This document shows positions 8,600 through 18,342 of a stretch of 64,000 bases of DNA, piece by piece. Under the pieces are notes generated by a model. The model saw only the letters and a list, made by a program, of their open reading frames with translations, did no database searches and was not told where the DNA came from. The DNA is from Candidatus Dojkabacteria bacterium (GTDB lineage: Bacteria; Patescibacteriota; Dojkabacteria; B142; OLB20): NCBI GenBank assembly GCA_030583785.1, contig CP129475.1, forward strand, positions 25,941 to 89,940, in the 5' to 3' direction. Within the stretch, counting starts at the first letter, position 1. Every line of letters starts with the position of its first letter. A program made the position numbers and the translations under genes.

Positions 8600-10094
8600 A
8601 CTCAATATAGGTACATATTCAACAAAAGTTCAAAAGCTTCAGTCTGAAAAGGCCGTTCCATCAAAAAAAGAACCAAGCAGGGCAGATAGAAAAGCAAGAA
8701 AAGGATTTCCTATTAAAAGATTGGCTTCAGTACTTGTAGTTGTGCTCATCGCCGGTGGAGCAGTTTTTGGATATATGCGTTTACAGGCACTAAATTCACG
8801 GGTAGAAAAGTTTGATGAACAAGGCAATAAGCTAGAATGTACTAACATTCTCAATCCTGAATGTTGGACAACTGCCTTTAGACCTCAGCTTAAACAGACT
8901 AACGGATTTACTAATGGGCTTGTTTTAGGGATGGATAGCAGAACCGGCAAAGGAGATTCTCTAAAAAATACCGACACCATAATGTTTTTCTCGTTTAACC
9001 ACGAGACGCAAAAGACAATGCTGGTTTCAATTCCTAGAGACTTTTATATCCCAGTATATGCTGCAAAGATTAATGCAATTTATGCATTCACCGGCAATAG
9101 AAATCCCGATGATCCTTTCTTTTACATTAAAGAAACGGTCTCACAAATACTAGGTCAACCAATTCATTATTTTGCTACTGTAAGATTTGAAGGAGTAGTT
9201 GAAGCCATTGATAAAATTGGTGGGATTGAGGTTTGTGTTGAAGATACGCTTACAGCTCAGTATCCAAACGATAATGCCAAACCTAGCGACGCACAGCAAT
9301 GGTTCTTTATTGATTTTCCAGAAGGATGTCAGCAGATGGATGGAGAGAAGGCTCTTGTCTGGTCAAGGTTCCGCTATGTTGCCAAAGGTCCAAGTTCTTA
9401 TGCTAGCGACTTTTCACGAGCCAGAAGGCAACAACAGGTAACCGAAGCAGTTAAAGACAAGCTACTCGCAGAAGACATTAGCGTTGGCGAAAGGGCAGAA
9501 AGGTACTGGTCCTTAATGCAAACCTTTAATGAATCTGTAGATTTCTATGGTGTTTCTTTCGAAGATATTCTTGCAGGGTTGGCATTTATTGAAACTGCTG
9601 ACAGAAGTCCGATAAATGTGGTACTCGATCCGGCTTTGGGTGGAATAAATAAGCTAATCTTCGCAACGAGTCATCCCAATGCTGGGTATATTATTCAGGC
9701 AAGAGATTCCAGTTTTAAGACGATTCAATCATTTATTGGCAGAATCTGGGATAATGCAGATTTCTATAAAGAGCAGCCAAAGATAGTTGTTTTGAATCTG
9801 TCTGAAGAAAAGATATTAGCCAAAGACCATCCTGCCGTAGTCTTGAAAGATAAAATTGAGTTTTATGAACAGTTCCAATACTTAAATGAAGCTACAACCG
9901 AAGCGTTCACAGGAATTAAAGTGTTTGATTTCACTGCTGGAAAAGTCAATGGCAGCCTGAACTACATACTCGATTATTTTGGAATTGAAGAAGCTGAAGA
10001 GTTTCCAGAATTATATGACCTTAAACGCAAAAATAACGAGGATATTCTTATTGTGGTTGGCCCTGAGAAGTTAGAAGTTACGGCAACTCCTTAA
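8592..10094 (+). CDS. LytR-CpsA-Psr (LCP) family cell-envelope phosphotransferase
   Basis: N-terminal TM anchor, then GMDSRTGKGDSLKNTDTIMFFSFNHETQKTMLVSIPRDFYIP, which is the LCP signature (DSR...DT.M......V.IPRD). Confidence 0.7.
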   Translation: MRKLNIGTYSTKVQKLQSEKAVPSKKEPSRADRKARKGFPIKRLASVLVVVLIAGGAVFGYMRLQALNSRVEKFDEQGNKLECTNILNPECWTTAFRPQLKQTNGFTNGLVLGMDSRTGKGDSLKNTDTIMFFSFNHETQKTMLVSIPRDFYIPVYAAKINAIYAFTGNRNPDDPFFYIKETVSQILGQPIHYFATVRFEGVVEAIDKIGGIEVCVEDTLTAQYPNDNAKPSDAQQWFFIDFPEGCQQMDGEKALVWSRFRYVAKGPSSYASDFSRARRQQQVTEAVKDKLLAEDISVGERAERYWSLMQTFNESVDFYGVSFEDILAGLAFIETADRSPINVVLDPALGGINKLIFATSHPNAGYIIQARDSSFKTIQSFIGRIWDNADFYKEQPKIVVLNLSEEKILAKDHPAVVLKDKIEFYEQFQYLNEATTEAFTGIKVFDFTAGKVNGSLNYILDYFGIEEAEEFPELYDLKRKNNEDILIVVGPEKLEVTATP

Positions 10095-10895
10095 TTACTC
10101 ACCTTTTTGTCTAGAGAATCTACTAATTCCGTATAGTATTGCTATTGAACCTGCGGCAATTAGTGCTGATTCAAGAGCCAGTCGATGTCCGTTTTCCAGA
10201 TTAATATTGTGGTATTCAATTTTGGTAGAAGGATAATCGCTGGCTACGACTTGGACTGTGGGCAACATGTCGTGTCGCTCATCTAGTATCAGGACTGGTT
10301 GTTCTGTTGCAAAAATGTGAGAAAGCACTCTTTGCAGTCCATCATACTGTATGTCAATCTCTCTCCCACCAATGCGTCTTAGTATAGGCGATATTGCTTT
10401 CATGGCAACCATCTCGTATGGTTTCTTGCCGGCACCGGTAAAGATAACCCTTGACTTTGGTTCACCAGAAATATATTCATCAATATCGCCTTTATGATGC
10501 ATACCCACTATTTGTGCAGTTGCACCTTTTTGAGATATTGTATTACTTAGAAGTGCCAACCAATCGGTAAATGTTCGTAATTCAGAAGGCCTTGTGGTGA
10601 TTATGTTTATCGAGTTCAAAGGGTTAGTAGCAAGGCTCTTTAGAAATTCTAGACGAGAAGGATTTAAGGCTAATCGTGCTAATTGAGTTGGGCGCATGTC
10701 GTTGAACACTCCATCCAGGTCAAATACCAGCTGCGGGTTCTCTAAGGATAGGGAACGACCAACAACAGAAGTAATTGCACTTTGAAAGTTTGGGTGTTCA
10801 AAGACACTTAGATTTTTTGGTAGCTCTATTAATCTGTGAGTTTCTTGACTCAAAGCACAATAACTAAAGAAACGAATTATAGCAAACAACTCCAA
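10095..10895 (-). CDS. HAD-superfamily hydrolase-like protein
   Basis: LVFDLDGVFND (motif I, DxDG), ITTRPSE (motif II) and a HHKGD region (motif III-like). The call is weak. Confidence 0.35.
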   Translation of the reverse strand: MELFAIIRFFSYCALSQETHRLIELPKNLSVFEHPNFQSAITSVVGRSLSLENPQLVFDLDGVFNDMRPTQLARLALNPSRLEFLKSLATNPLNSINIITTRPSELRTFTDWLALLSNTISQKGATAQIVGMHHKGDIDEYISGEPKSRVIFTGAGKKPYEMVAMKAISPILRRIGGREIDIQYDGLQRVLSHIFATEQPVLILDERHDMLPTVQVVASDYPSTKIEYHNINLENGHRLALESALIAAGSIAILYGISRFSRQKGE

Positions 10896-10932
10896 TGGCG
10901 CATAGGCGCAATAGTGATATAATAGGTATATT

Positions 10933-11457
10933 ATGTTGGAGTCTGATTCAAATATACCAAATCCGCTATTTGCCGAAATGTGCCAGATAAAAGGTGATGT
11001 CCTCCGAGCTCTAGGTCCTTTAAAGTATCCATTGATTACAGCTGTGCCATCTTATCTTGAAGGGAAAGAAATGTTTGCACGGGCGCTTGAGAATGCTTTT
11101 CGAATTACTAGGCAGCTAGCTGCAGGTAATCCACCAACTCATCTGCCAAAAATGCACATTCCAGCAGTTCTTCATTTTTTTGAAGATCGTCAAGGTGACC
11201 TAGTTCTAGCGAAGCTTGTAAAGACTCATAATGGCAACATGGGGGATTATGCCATTGGAGCTGATGGTCAGAGATTACCAGCTTGGCTGTCGTGGCAAAT
11301 GCATGGCCAGCCATGTGAGCAACAAAGCCTTAAATTAGGAGGCGACCCATATCCTTTACTATATAATTCCGATCTTCTAAGAATTTGCCTTGACTCTGGA
11401 TTGCCGTATCCGACATTAAGCTCAAGGCGCAGAGAATACTGGCAACTTGTCGACTAG
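10933..11457 (+). CDS. Hypothetical protein
   Basis: ORF only. Confidence 0.35.
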   Translation: MLESDSNIPNPLFAEMCQIKGDVLRALGPLKYPLITAVPSYLEGKEMFARALENAFRITRQLAAGNPPTHLPKMHIPAVLHFFEDRQGDLVLAKLVKTHNGNMGDYAIGADGQRLPAWLSWQMHGQPCEQQSLKLGGDPYPLLYNSDLLRICLDSGLPYPTLSSRRREYWQLVD

Positions 11458-11504
11458 GCCTTGACGGTGTATATTGCAGTTATCTTATTGTTACATCTCT
11501 ACAA

Positions 11505-12290
11505 ATGACTAAACCAGTTATTGTTGTTTTGGTGGTGGGTCTTGTTGTGCTTTGTTGCTGTGTTGTATCAGTGCTTCTTCTTGCTGTGGGTGGTGTCAGT
11601 GTATATCTTCCGTTTTCTTCGTCAGATAGTATCACTTACTTAGATACAAAAACTGATAAAGTAACAATCTCACAGGCATATGTCTCAAGTCTAGTTACCG
11701 GAGAGAGCAGTAATAATGACTACAATAACGATGTTGTTCATTATTATCATAAGGTAGCTCTTAATCTTATGACCGTTGACGAGATCGACGAGGTTAAAGT
11801 TTATCAAATAGAATTGCAACGAAATTCAAATCAGGGTGAAGTGAAGATTATTCATCCAAAGCATACGCCGCAATTTGAAAGTACAAATCACTATTTCGGA
11901 CCTTATGGCGAAGATCCTGCCTTTACCGAAGTTAATAACGACGGTGACAGGTTTACACTTAAAAGTGTAGATAAAGACTTTATGAGTCTATATTATGACG
12001 AGGTCGGAACAAACATGGCCTTAATTAACTTTTCAATCTTTGTTCACGATTTTTGCAGATTCGACTATGAAAAGATTTTTGATGAGACAGGAATGATTGA
12101 TAGCACACAATATCTGGAATATTGTAATACAAATGCTAGTGCGTTAGACGAAGAGCTTGATTTCGTTGTTGAGGTCAAATTCAAAGATGGATCGATCGCT
12201 GTAAAAAATTTCTCCTTTGACATAGATGGAGATGCATTACTTGCTGGATATGCAAGTGTTTCGTCTGAATTAGTTGGAACTCAATTCTAG
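11505..12290 (+). CDS. Membrane-anchored hypothetical protein
   Basis: N-terminal TM segment VIVVLVVGLVVLCCCVVSVLLLAVGG followed by a soluble domain. Confidence 0.4.
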   Translation: MTKPVIVVLVVGLVVLCCCVVSVLLLAVGGVSVYLPFSSSDSITYLDTKTDKVTISQAYVSSLVTGESSNNDYNNDVVHYYHKVALNLMTVDEIDEVKVYQIELQRNSNQGEVKIIHPKHTPQFESTNHYFGPYGEDPAFTEVNNDGDRFTLKSVDKDFMSLYYDEVGTNMALINFSIFVHDFCRFDYEKIFDETGMIDSTQYLEYCNTNASALDEELDFVVEVKFKDGSIAVKNFSFDIDGDALLAGYASVSSELVGTQF

Positions 12291-12816
12291 GATCAATATG
12301 CACATAACCTTATTGATGGCGCAGAGCGCTAACGGATTAATTTGCGATAAAAACGGAAAAGAAGATTTCTTGTCTGAAGAGAACTGGCAGATCTTTGTTG
12401 ATAAAGCGAAAGAGATTGGTTGCTTAATCTGGGGGAGATCAACATATGAAGCTGTCAGTTCATGGGGATCGGGTTATCTCAAGCAGTTGATCGGAGTTCG
12501 CAAAATTATTTTGTCCAGATCGAAAAAACTTTTCTTGCCCATGGGATTTGAACAGGCTATGTCGGTTTCAGAGGCGGTTTATAATCTTGAAAGCGCCGGA
12601 ATAGACAAGGCACTTGTTTCGGGTGGCTCACAGACAAATTCGGCATTTACTCAGGCAGGACTGGTTGATGAGCTTATCCTACTGGTTAATCCGGTATTAA
12701 TCGGAGAGGGAAAAGGCATATTCTCTGGTCTCGATTTTGAAATCGGACTAAAGTTGGAGAAAATAACTACCGAAAAAAACGGAATAATTAAAATGGTTTA
12801 CAAGGTATTAAACTAG
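12274..12816 (+). CDS. Dihydrofolate reductase family protein (DHFR/RibD C-terminal-like)
   Basis: MHITLLMAQSANGLICDKNG...IWGRSTYEAV...RKIILSR follows the DHFR pattern (I.A...N..IG..G..PW......MGR.T.ES. ... VLSR). Confidence 0.5.
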   Translation: MELNSRINMHITLLMAQSANGLICDKNGKEDFLSEENWQIFVDKAKEIGCLIWGRSTYEAVSSWGSGYLKQLIGVRKIILSRSKKLFLPMGFEQAMSVSEAVYNLESAGIDKALVSGGSQTNSAFTQAGLVDELILLVNPVLIGEGKGIFSGLDFEIGLKLEKITTEKNGIIKMVYKVLN

Positions 12817-13304
12817 CAGTTTGTGCATGCCGGAAGTTTTGCCGAAATCCAGCTTTGTATTCCCCCATTTAACTCGACGACATTAGTAAATCCCAAATCT
12901 TGCATAATCTTTAGAGCGCCGCTGCTTCTGTTTCCAGAATTACAATAGAGTTTATAAGCCTGATTGCGATCAAGTTTTTCTAGCTGGTTTTTAAAGTCAG
13001 ATCTGTAGTAGTCGATATTAACTGCCCCTGCAATTCTACCGCTATTGTATTCTTGGAGTGTTCGAATATCCAGAATCACCGCACCCTCTTCTTGAACTTC
13101 AGAACTAAATTCGGATGCAGAAACAGAGGTGATGCCGGTTTTGTTATTTGAAGATCCATTAGCCATGATAATTGCTATAAGAAGAAAGAAAACAGTTAAG
13201 GCAAGAATGATTGGTTTTTTCATCAGTAAAGAAATTAGAAAGATAAATACAGAATAGCACAAACTTCTATAAATTATAGAGGGACATTTTAATATATAAA
13301 ACAT
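12813..13304 (-). CDS. Secreted or membrane-anchored rhodanese-domain sulfurtransferase
   Basis: Signal/TM N-terminus, then ILDIRTLQEYNSGRIAGAVNIDY...YKLYCNSGNRSSGA...GGIQSW, which matches the rhodanese fold with an active-site Cys in CNSGNRS. Confidence 0.65.
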   Translation of the reverse strand: MFYILKCPSIIYRSLCYSVFIFLISLLMKKPIILALTVFFLLIAIIMANGSSNNKTGITSVSASEFSSEVQEEGAVILDIRTLQEYNSGRIAGAVNIDYYRSDFKNQLEKLDRNQAYKLYCNSGNRSSGALKIMQDLGFTNVVELNGGIQSWISAKLPACTNC

Positions 13305-13366
13305 ATGGAGAAACTAGACAAAGAGGTGCAAATGTTATATAATTCATATATAGTTAAGATGCTAGA

Positions 13367-13972
13367 ATGTATATAGTATGTCCATTGCCCGATAAAAGCC
13401 TGGATGCAGCACATAATTTAATGTCTTCAAATGGCCCATTCTCGAGTCGAAGAACCTATGTCAGTCATACTTTCTATGACAAGGCAAATTTTAGAGAAGG
13501 ACCAGGTGGCTTCGTTTATGTCTGCAAATCGCCTGTTTTGCTTGGTGTTAATATTCATCTACCTGGTTCCAACATAGTTGAATCAATTATTCGTCCTTTT
13601 CAGAACGAAAGAGGCGCTCGATTTTTTTCACTGCCAGAAGATCCAGAGATAGTTGCTTCATTGGAACAGAATGGTGCAGAGTTTACAGTTGCAGATCGTT
13701 CTTTGCTATTAACTAGTGATGTGATGAATAGCTTCCATCTTTCTCTCAGAACAGGTGTTCAGGAAGATAAATTAAGAGATCCATCACTACTGATTTTCGA
13801 ACAGAATAACCGACCTAGTTTTGAGGTTCTTCTTTGGATGACACCTGAAGGAGAAGTTAGAGACACGAACAGATTGTCTGAGAAAGAGATTGATTATCTC
13901 AATTATAGGTACGATCTTTACATACAAGGTTTACGAGAGGAACAGATAAGACAAGGTTTTCTAAATAGATAG
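13367..13972 (+). CDS. Hypothetical protein
   Basis: ORF only. The start codon is uncertain. Confidence 0.3.
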   Translation: MYIVCPLPDKSLDAAHNLMSSNGPFSSRRTYVSHTFYDKANFREGPGGFVYVCKSPVLLGVNIHLPGSNIVESIIRPFQNERGARFFSLPEDPEIVASLEQNGAEFTVADRSLLLTSDVMNSFHLSLRTGVQEDKLRDPSLLIFEQNNRPSFEVLLWMTPEGEVRDTNRLSEKEIDYLNYRYDLYIQGLREEQIRQGFLNR

Positions 13973-13995
13973 AGAAAAACTCCTTTACCTTAAAA

Positions 13996-14757
13996 TTGAA
14001 AATAATGGATGATCAATACTACTTGATAAGCAGAGAAATAATATTTCCGCAGTTCCCAGGCTCACATCGTGAGACATTTGAAGACCTGAGAGAATTAAGC
14101 ACATCCGGTATCGGAGCATTTGGGAGTAATTTCAATCGAAATCTTGTGATGCCTGAAGGTTCTTATGATGACCCGGAAGTAAGTGCATTCCTCGATGATT
14201 ATTTTCGGGATCCATTTTTTCATGCAACCCTTTTTCGCTTAGATAGTTATCGTCCTGAGGAATGGGATATGGAATTCTCAGGTTTATACTGTGAACCTAA
14301 ATATAAAGCCTCTGGAGGCATTAATACAGAATGGAGTGCAGTAAGGTATCAAGTGATTACGAATTCTTTGGATGGAATATTCAAATACCCCAGGGGTCAC
14401 TATTCATATGATTCTCTCAAACATACTCGAGAGATATATGGACAACCTTTCAATCTATCAGATACTAATGACTCCGACACTCAACCCGTAATCATCCTTC
14501 CTAAATTGTTACAATGTAAGAAGGAATTAGTGACTTTAAGATTGCCGGTTATAAATCCATTAGTTTTAAAAGTTGATCCTAGGAGAGACCTTCGAGATCT
14601 AACAAGTTTAATAATTTCTATGAGAGAAGGTGAACCAAATATTGACGATATGTACGCACAATTAATTAGTACTGAGTATACAATACCAACATTTTTTGAG
14701 GGTCCACCAAGACCACCTTTCAGAGAATATCCTGTTACTCCTGGATTCTGGAATTGA
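13996..14757 (+). CDS. Hypothetical protein
   Basis: ORF 24 nt downstream of the previous gene. No recognisable motif. Confidence 0.4.
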   Translation: MKIMDDQYYLISREIIFPQFPGSHRETFEDLRELSTSGIGAFGSNFNRNLVMPEGSYDDPEVSAFLDDYFRDPFFHATLFRLDSYRPEEWDMEFSGLYCEPKYKASGGINTEWSAVRYQVITNSLDGIFKYPRGHYSYDSLKHTREIYGQPFNLSDTNDSDTQPVIILPKLLQCKKELVTLRLPVINPLVLKVDPRRDLRDLTSLIISMREGEPNIDDMYAQLISTEYTIPTFFEGPPRPPFREYPVTPGFWN

Positions 14758-14763
14758 CTTGAA

Positions 14764-16008
14764 TTAAAACAGCACGCTGATAAGCGGAATGTACATCTCC
14801 TTTGAGCTTAGTCCTCCATGTAATGATTTCTTGGTAATTTTGTGCTGTGCAGAGTTTATGTATGCACAGTGTCCTTCTTTGCCAATGATTGCTACATGTC
14901 CAAATCTTCGTTTAAAGATTTCGCTTTCTTTAAACAGTCCAAGGTTCTGCATATCTTGGTAGCTTAAGACATGATATTGTTCACCAAGTTTGTCTTTAAG
15001 TCTGTCGATAATCGCCTTAGTATCGTCTTTTGCATCAAGCCTTAAAAAGAAGTCTCTCGGAGTGCCAAGTGGATTATTTTGTCCAGGATATCTTGCAATT
15101 TGATTGATTTTTATGTCTGGAAAAAGATCATCGAGATAGACTGTTTGCGTATCATAAACTGCAGTCTGGCCATGATCTGCACAAACCAGCACCAAGGTGT
15201 TGGGATTATTCTTTATTCTACTAAGAAAGTTTTGCAGATGCCAAAGTGTAGATTTTAATTCTGCGTAAGTATATTCGCTATCGATTCTGTATTTGTGGGA
15301 AATTGTATCGATGCCTTCGTAGTAGAAGTATGTAAAACCCTTGGTTGAGTTTACTACTACCTCTTTGAGTTTTGTAAAGCCTTCGCTAAGCGTTGCATAA
15401 CCGATCGGATCATTAGATCCTTTGTAATAATGATTGAAGGCAGAAGGGGCGAGAATATTCGGTACTATCGCCTGAGTTGATAGTCCGTAAGCCTCAATTT
15501 TTTCAAACACATTTGATTGAGGAAGAATTTGGTCAATAGCGTAATCATCGAGCAGAGTTTCTGGCCTCGTATCTGTAGGTCTGTTCAGCAAAAAAGGAGA
15601 GATTATTTCGTCGATTTCGTCATGGTACATGTGCCATTCATAAATACCGTGCTCATAAACTGGTAGGCCGGTATAAACACTTGTTGCATGAGCAGAAGTA
15701 GTAGCCGGAAACTGTGATGTTAGTTTGCTGATTTGGTGATTGTAATCATCGAGAAAGGCATATTCATCGATGTATTTTTCTAAGAAATACCAGGCGAAAT
15801 TATCTAAGAATATTAGGATTACATTATCGATTTGTGGACTACTTAGATATTCAGATTCAGGAAGTGTCTCGTGAGCATCTTCAACTCCAAGAATCTTGTT
15901 GACAGTCGGCATGATATTAGCAAACGAAAGTTTTTCTTCGTATGCTGGCCTTATAATATCATCTGCACATTCTGTATTGACCAGTAATTTATTAGTATGA
16001 ATGTTCAT
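14764..16008 (-). CDS. Alkaline-phosphatase-superfamily enzyme (type I phosphodiesterase / nucleotide pyrophosphatase-like)
   Basis: N-terminal LIFLDNFAWYF (metal-binding D, G/N) and VLVCADHGQT (the DHG motif of the AP/NPP core). At 414 aa it is too short for a PglZ protein. Confidence 0.5.
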   Translation of the reverse strand: MNIHTNKLLVNTECADDIIRPAYEEKLSFANIMPTVNKILGVEDAHETLPESEYLSSPQIDNVILIFLDNFAWYFLEKYIDEYAFLDDYNHQISKLTSQFPATTSAHATSVYTGLPVYEHGIYEWHMYHDEIDEIISPFLLNRPTDTRPETLLDDYAIDQILPQSNVFEKIEAYGLSTQAIVPNILAPSAFNHYYKGSNDPIGYATLSEGFTKLKEVVVNSTKGFTYFYYEGIDTISHKYRIDSEYTYAELKSTLWHLQNFLSRIKNNPNTLVLVCADHGQTAVYDTQTVYLDDLFPDIKINQIARYPGQNNPLGTPRDFFLRLDAKDDTKAIIDRLKDKLGEQYHVLSYQDMQNLGLFKESEIFKRRFGHVAIIGKEGHCAYINSAQHKITKKSLHGGLSSKEMYIPLISVLF

Positions 16009-16023
16009 GGATTGAATCGAGGA

Positions 16024-16254
16024 TTATGTTTTTAGTCGAAATAACCCTTTTTCGGGTTTGTACACTTTGTCGGGATACTTTTCGACTAGTTTCCAGATAC
16101 AGCCATTAATTGTTTTTGGGTGGAGTTCGGGGGCAATCATTTGAATATCTTCGAGTAGTTTGTGCCAGCGAAGACCGGTTGGGTTTTGCTGTAAAAGTTC
16201 AAAAAGAAGTCTATATACTTTATCCGTTTTAGTTTCTACTTCCATAGAGATCAA
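16024..16254 (-). CDS. Small (76 aa) putative winged-helix protein
   Basis: YRLLFELLQQNPTGLRWHKLLEDI has an HTH-like heptad pattern. It is the last gene of the minus-strand cluster and abuts the GNAT gene with 0 nt spacing. Confidence 0.3.
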   Translation of the reverse strand: MISMEVETKTDKVYRLLFELLQQNPTGLRWHKLLEDIQMIAPELHPKTINGCIWKLVEKYPDKVYKPEKGLFRLKT

Positions 16255-16839
16255 TTATGGATTAATTTTATAAATCATGTCAAGACAAGCGATTCCATCA
16301 CTATTAACGAATTCGCAGACTTCTTGAAAGCCTAAACTTAGGTAATGTTTGATTGCTTTAGCGTTATCTTTATGTACTCCACCAAAAAGTATTATTGTAT
16401 CTTTTCCTAAATAAGATATTAATGGAATGATTTTTTTAAATACTACTAAGGCTATTCCTTTCCCCTGATATGCTTCAGCAAGCACAGGACCATATCTAGA
16501 AGTTCTTGCGACTTCTAAATTAACACCATGGTTTCGAAATCTTGTTATGTCTTCTTCAACTAGATCCATGCTGAATTCAAAGATACCAATCAGTTCGCTG
16601 TTTTTGCTGTTTTCAAGAACGAATCGTATCTTGTCGTATTTATCAATATCTTGACATAGACTAGCCGCCATAGCCTGATCAAAGGAGGGGTAGGTAAAGA
16701 ATCTTTTTGTGTCTTCGCTTAACGAAAGTAGCAATTTCGCAAGTGCTTGTTCATCTTTGCTTCTGAGTGGTCTGAGATTGAGTTTTAAGTTATTATTTTG
16801 AGTAAATTCGACTTGTAGCTTGGGGTCTTTGCTGTTCAT
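16255..16839 (-). CDS. GNAT family N-acetyltransferase
   Basis: YQGKGIALVVFKKII matches the acetyl-CoA binding motif (Q/R-x-x-G-x-G/A). Confidence 0.6.
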   Translation of the reverse strand: MNSKDPKLQVEFTQNNNLKLNLRPLRSKDEQALAKLLLSLSEDTKRFFTYPSFDQAMAASLCQDIDKYDKIRFVLENSKNSELIGIFEFSMDLVEEDITRFRNHGVNLEVARTSRYGPVLAEAYQGKGIALVVFKKIIPLISYLGKDTIILFGGVHKDNAKAIKHYLSLGFQEVCEFVNSDGIACLDMIYKINP

Positions 16840-16844
16840 ATATC

Positions 16845-17681
16845 TTAGTAGTTACCTATCAATCCATTATAAGCGAGATCAATTGTATTTTGTTGTGACA
16901 TGATATCCCTAAACTCGTCTGCCATGGCTAATAGTGTATCTATATTTGTTGGTAAACTCAAACCCTTCTCTCTGGCACCTTTTGTGTATTTGTACCACAT
17001 CTCAGAGATGGCGTTATCGTTGGCTTTTCTTTGATATATTATTTTGTTGGTCATATCGTAGTTGATCACAGCAACTCCAGTTCTTCTCACCATTAATAAT
17101 ACATTCCCAGGATTTGGATCTCCATGTAGAACATGTAAGTTCTGACCATTGATTATTGATGCTTTTCTAGCTAAAATGATGGCTTGAACAGCTGATAAAG
17201 CATAAGCTGCTGACGCGATTCCTATAACCTCTGGGGTGTTTGTTCTCTTAAGTATTGCTTCTATGCTTCGTCCGTAATGAGTCGATAATGTACCAAGGTA
17301 AGGTCTATCTTCTATTTCAACTTCCACAAATCGATGCATTTCTGAAGCCTCAATGTGCGAAAAGCCAGATGCTATTAGATGCATCTGTTGCGCTGGTACG
17401 CTTTTTCTTATAGTATCATTAAAGTCCGGATTTAGTGCTATTTTTAGCCACCTAGGGGTTATATAGTTAGTATCATAGATATCTTTAATGGTATTAACAA
17501 GGATACCGTACGGTCGAATATACTCAAGCTTAATTGGGTCAAATCTATTGCGATTTAATACCGCCCAAGTAGTGTCGCACAATTCTCCCTCTAAAGTGAC
17601 GCGAAAAGGAAAGGGCAGTATCTGGTTTCCTGCTTGTTCAATAATTTGTTGATTAATTATATCAAAATGATCTGGTCCCAT
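16845..17681 (-). CDS. Protein-kinase-fold phosphotransferase (APH / Kdo-kinase-like)
   Basis: Catalytic-loop motif HGDPNPGNVLL (compare HGDLHPGN of APH and choline kinases). Confidence 0.55.
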   Translation of the reverse strand: MGPDHFDIINQQIIEQAGNQILPFPFRVTLEGELCDTTWAVLNRNRFDPIKLEYIRPYGILVNTIKDIYDTNYITPRWLKIALNPDFNDTIRKSVPAQQMHLIASGFSHIEASEMHRFVEVEIEDRPYLGTLSTHYGRSIEAILKRTNTPEVIGIASAAYALSAVQAIILARKASIINGQNLHVLHGDPNPGNVLLMVRRTGVAVINYDMTNKIIYQRKANDNAISEMWYKYTKGAREKGLSLPTNIDTLLAMADEFRDIMSQQNTIDLAYNGLIGNY

Positions 17682-17782
17682 ATCTGATTCTAATCTATTG
17701 TTATTATATAACAGATCGACAAGAAATCTGTAGAGTATAGATTCACAATTACTAAGAAGATATCTCGTGTGAGGGAATAGTT

Positions 17783-18340
17783 TTAAGCTTCTATAAGCTT
17801 AACTACAGCTTCAAGACACTGTGGCAATGTATTCCAACCAGCCGAGCTGTTTAGGTGACCACCATCTTTGACAATTGTCAGCTCGCCATTTAGTTCTTTA
17901 GCAAGGAATTCTGCATTATCTAGCGGTACGAGCGGGTCGTTATCGCCATGAATAATTGAGAACTTATGACATTTTATCAGGATTGCTTTGAAGTCAAAGT
18001 CGCGGTCAAGAAAACTGAGTAATCTTTTGTTTTCAATTCTTTCTGAAGGTCCGGATACTAGAATGGCTCCTGCAATATTTTCTGCTTTGCTCGTTTCAAG
18101 ATATCTAAGGATCGCAGGGACTCCAAGTGAATGACCGATAAGATAGATTTCGTCTTGTGAGTTATTCTCGACATGTCTCGAAATTTCGTTAGTCCATTCG
18201 TCACACTTTGGATAATCTGGGGTGGGCATAGAAAGCGAGCAGGCGTAAATATCTAGCTTGTCAAGTTCACCCATCAGCCAAGGTCTCCAGCCTCCGTTAG
18301 GCCTGCCTTCAAAACCGTGGATGATGAATACCTTTGTCAT
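17783..18340 (-). CDS. Alpha/beta hydrolase, YdeN/RBBP9-like serine hydrolase
   Basis: The start IIHGFEGRPNGGW and the nucleophile elbow IGHSLG match the Ser_hydrolase (PF06821) pattern. Confidence 0.55.
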   Translation of the reverse strand: MTKVFIIHGFEGRPNGGWRPWLMGELDKLDIYACSLSMPTPDYPKCDEWTNEISRHVENNSQDEIYLIGHSLGVPAILRYLETSKAENIAGAILVSGPSERIENKRLLSFLDRDFDFKAILIKCHKFSIIHGDNDPLVPLDNAEFLAKELNGELTIVKDGGHLNSSAGWNTLPQCLEAVVKLIEA

Positions 18341-18342
18341 AG

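Noticed and set aside
14764-16008. Considered PglZ (BREX / phage-defence alkaline-phosphatase-fold protein)
   Set aside because: The protein is only 414 aa and stands alone. No BrxC/PglY ATPase, PglX methyltransferase or BrxL is nearby. The motifs fit a generic type I phosphodiesterase / nucleotide pyrophosphatase better.
16024-16839. Considered a GNAT toxin / small DNA-binding antitoxin (TacT-TacA / AtaT-AtaR type) pair
   Set aside because: The gene order is reversed (the small gene is downstream of the GNAT). The small protein lacks the RHH/DUF1778 pattern. Both genes sit inside a longer co-directional enzyme operon.
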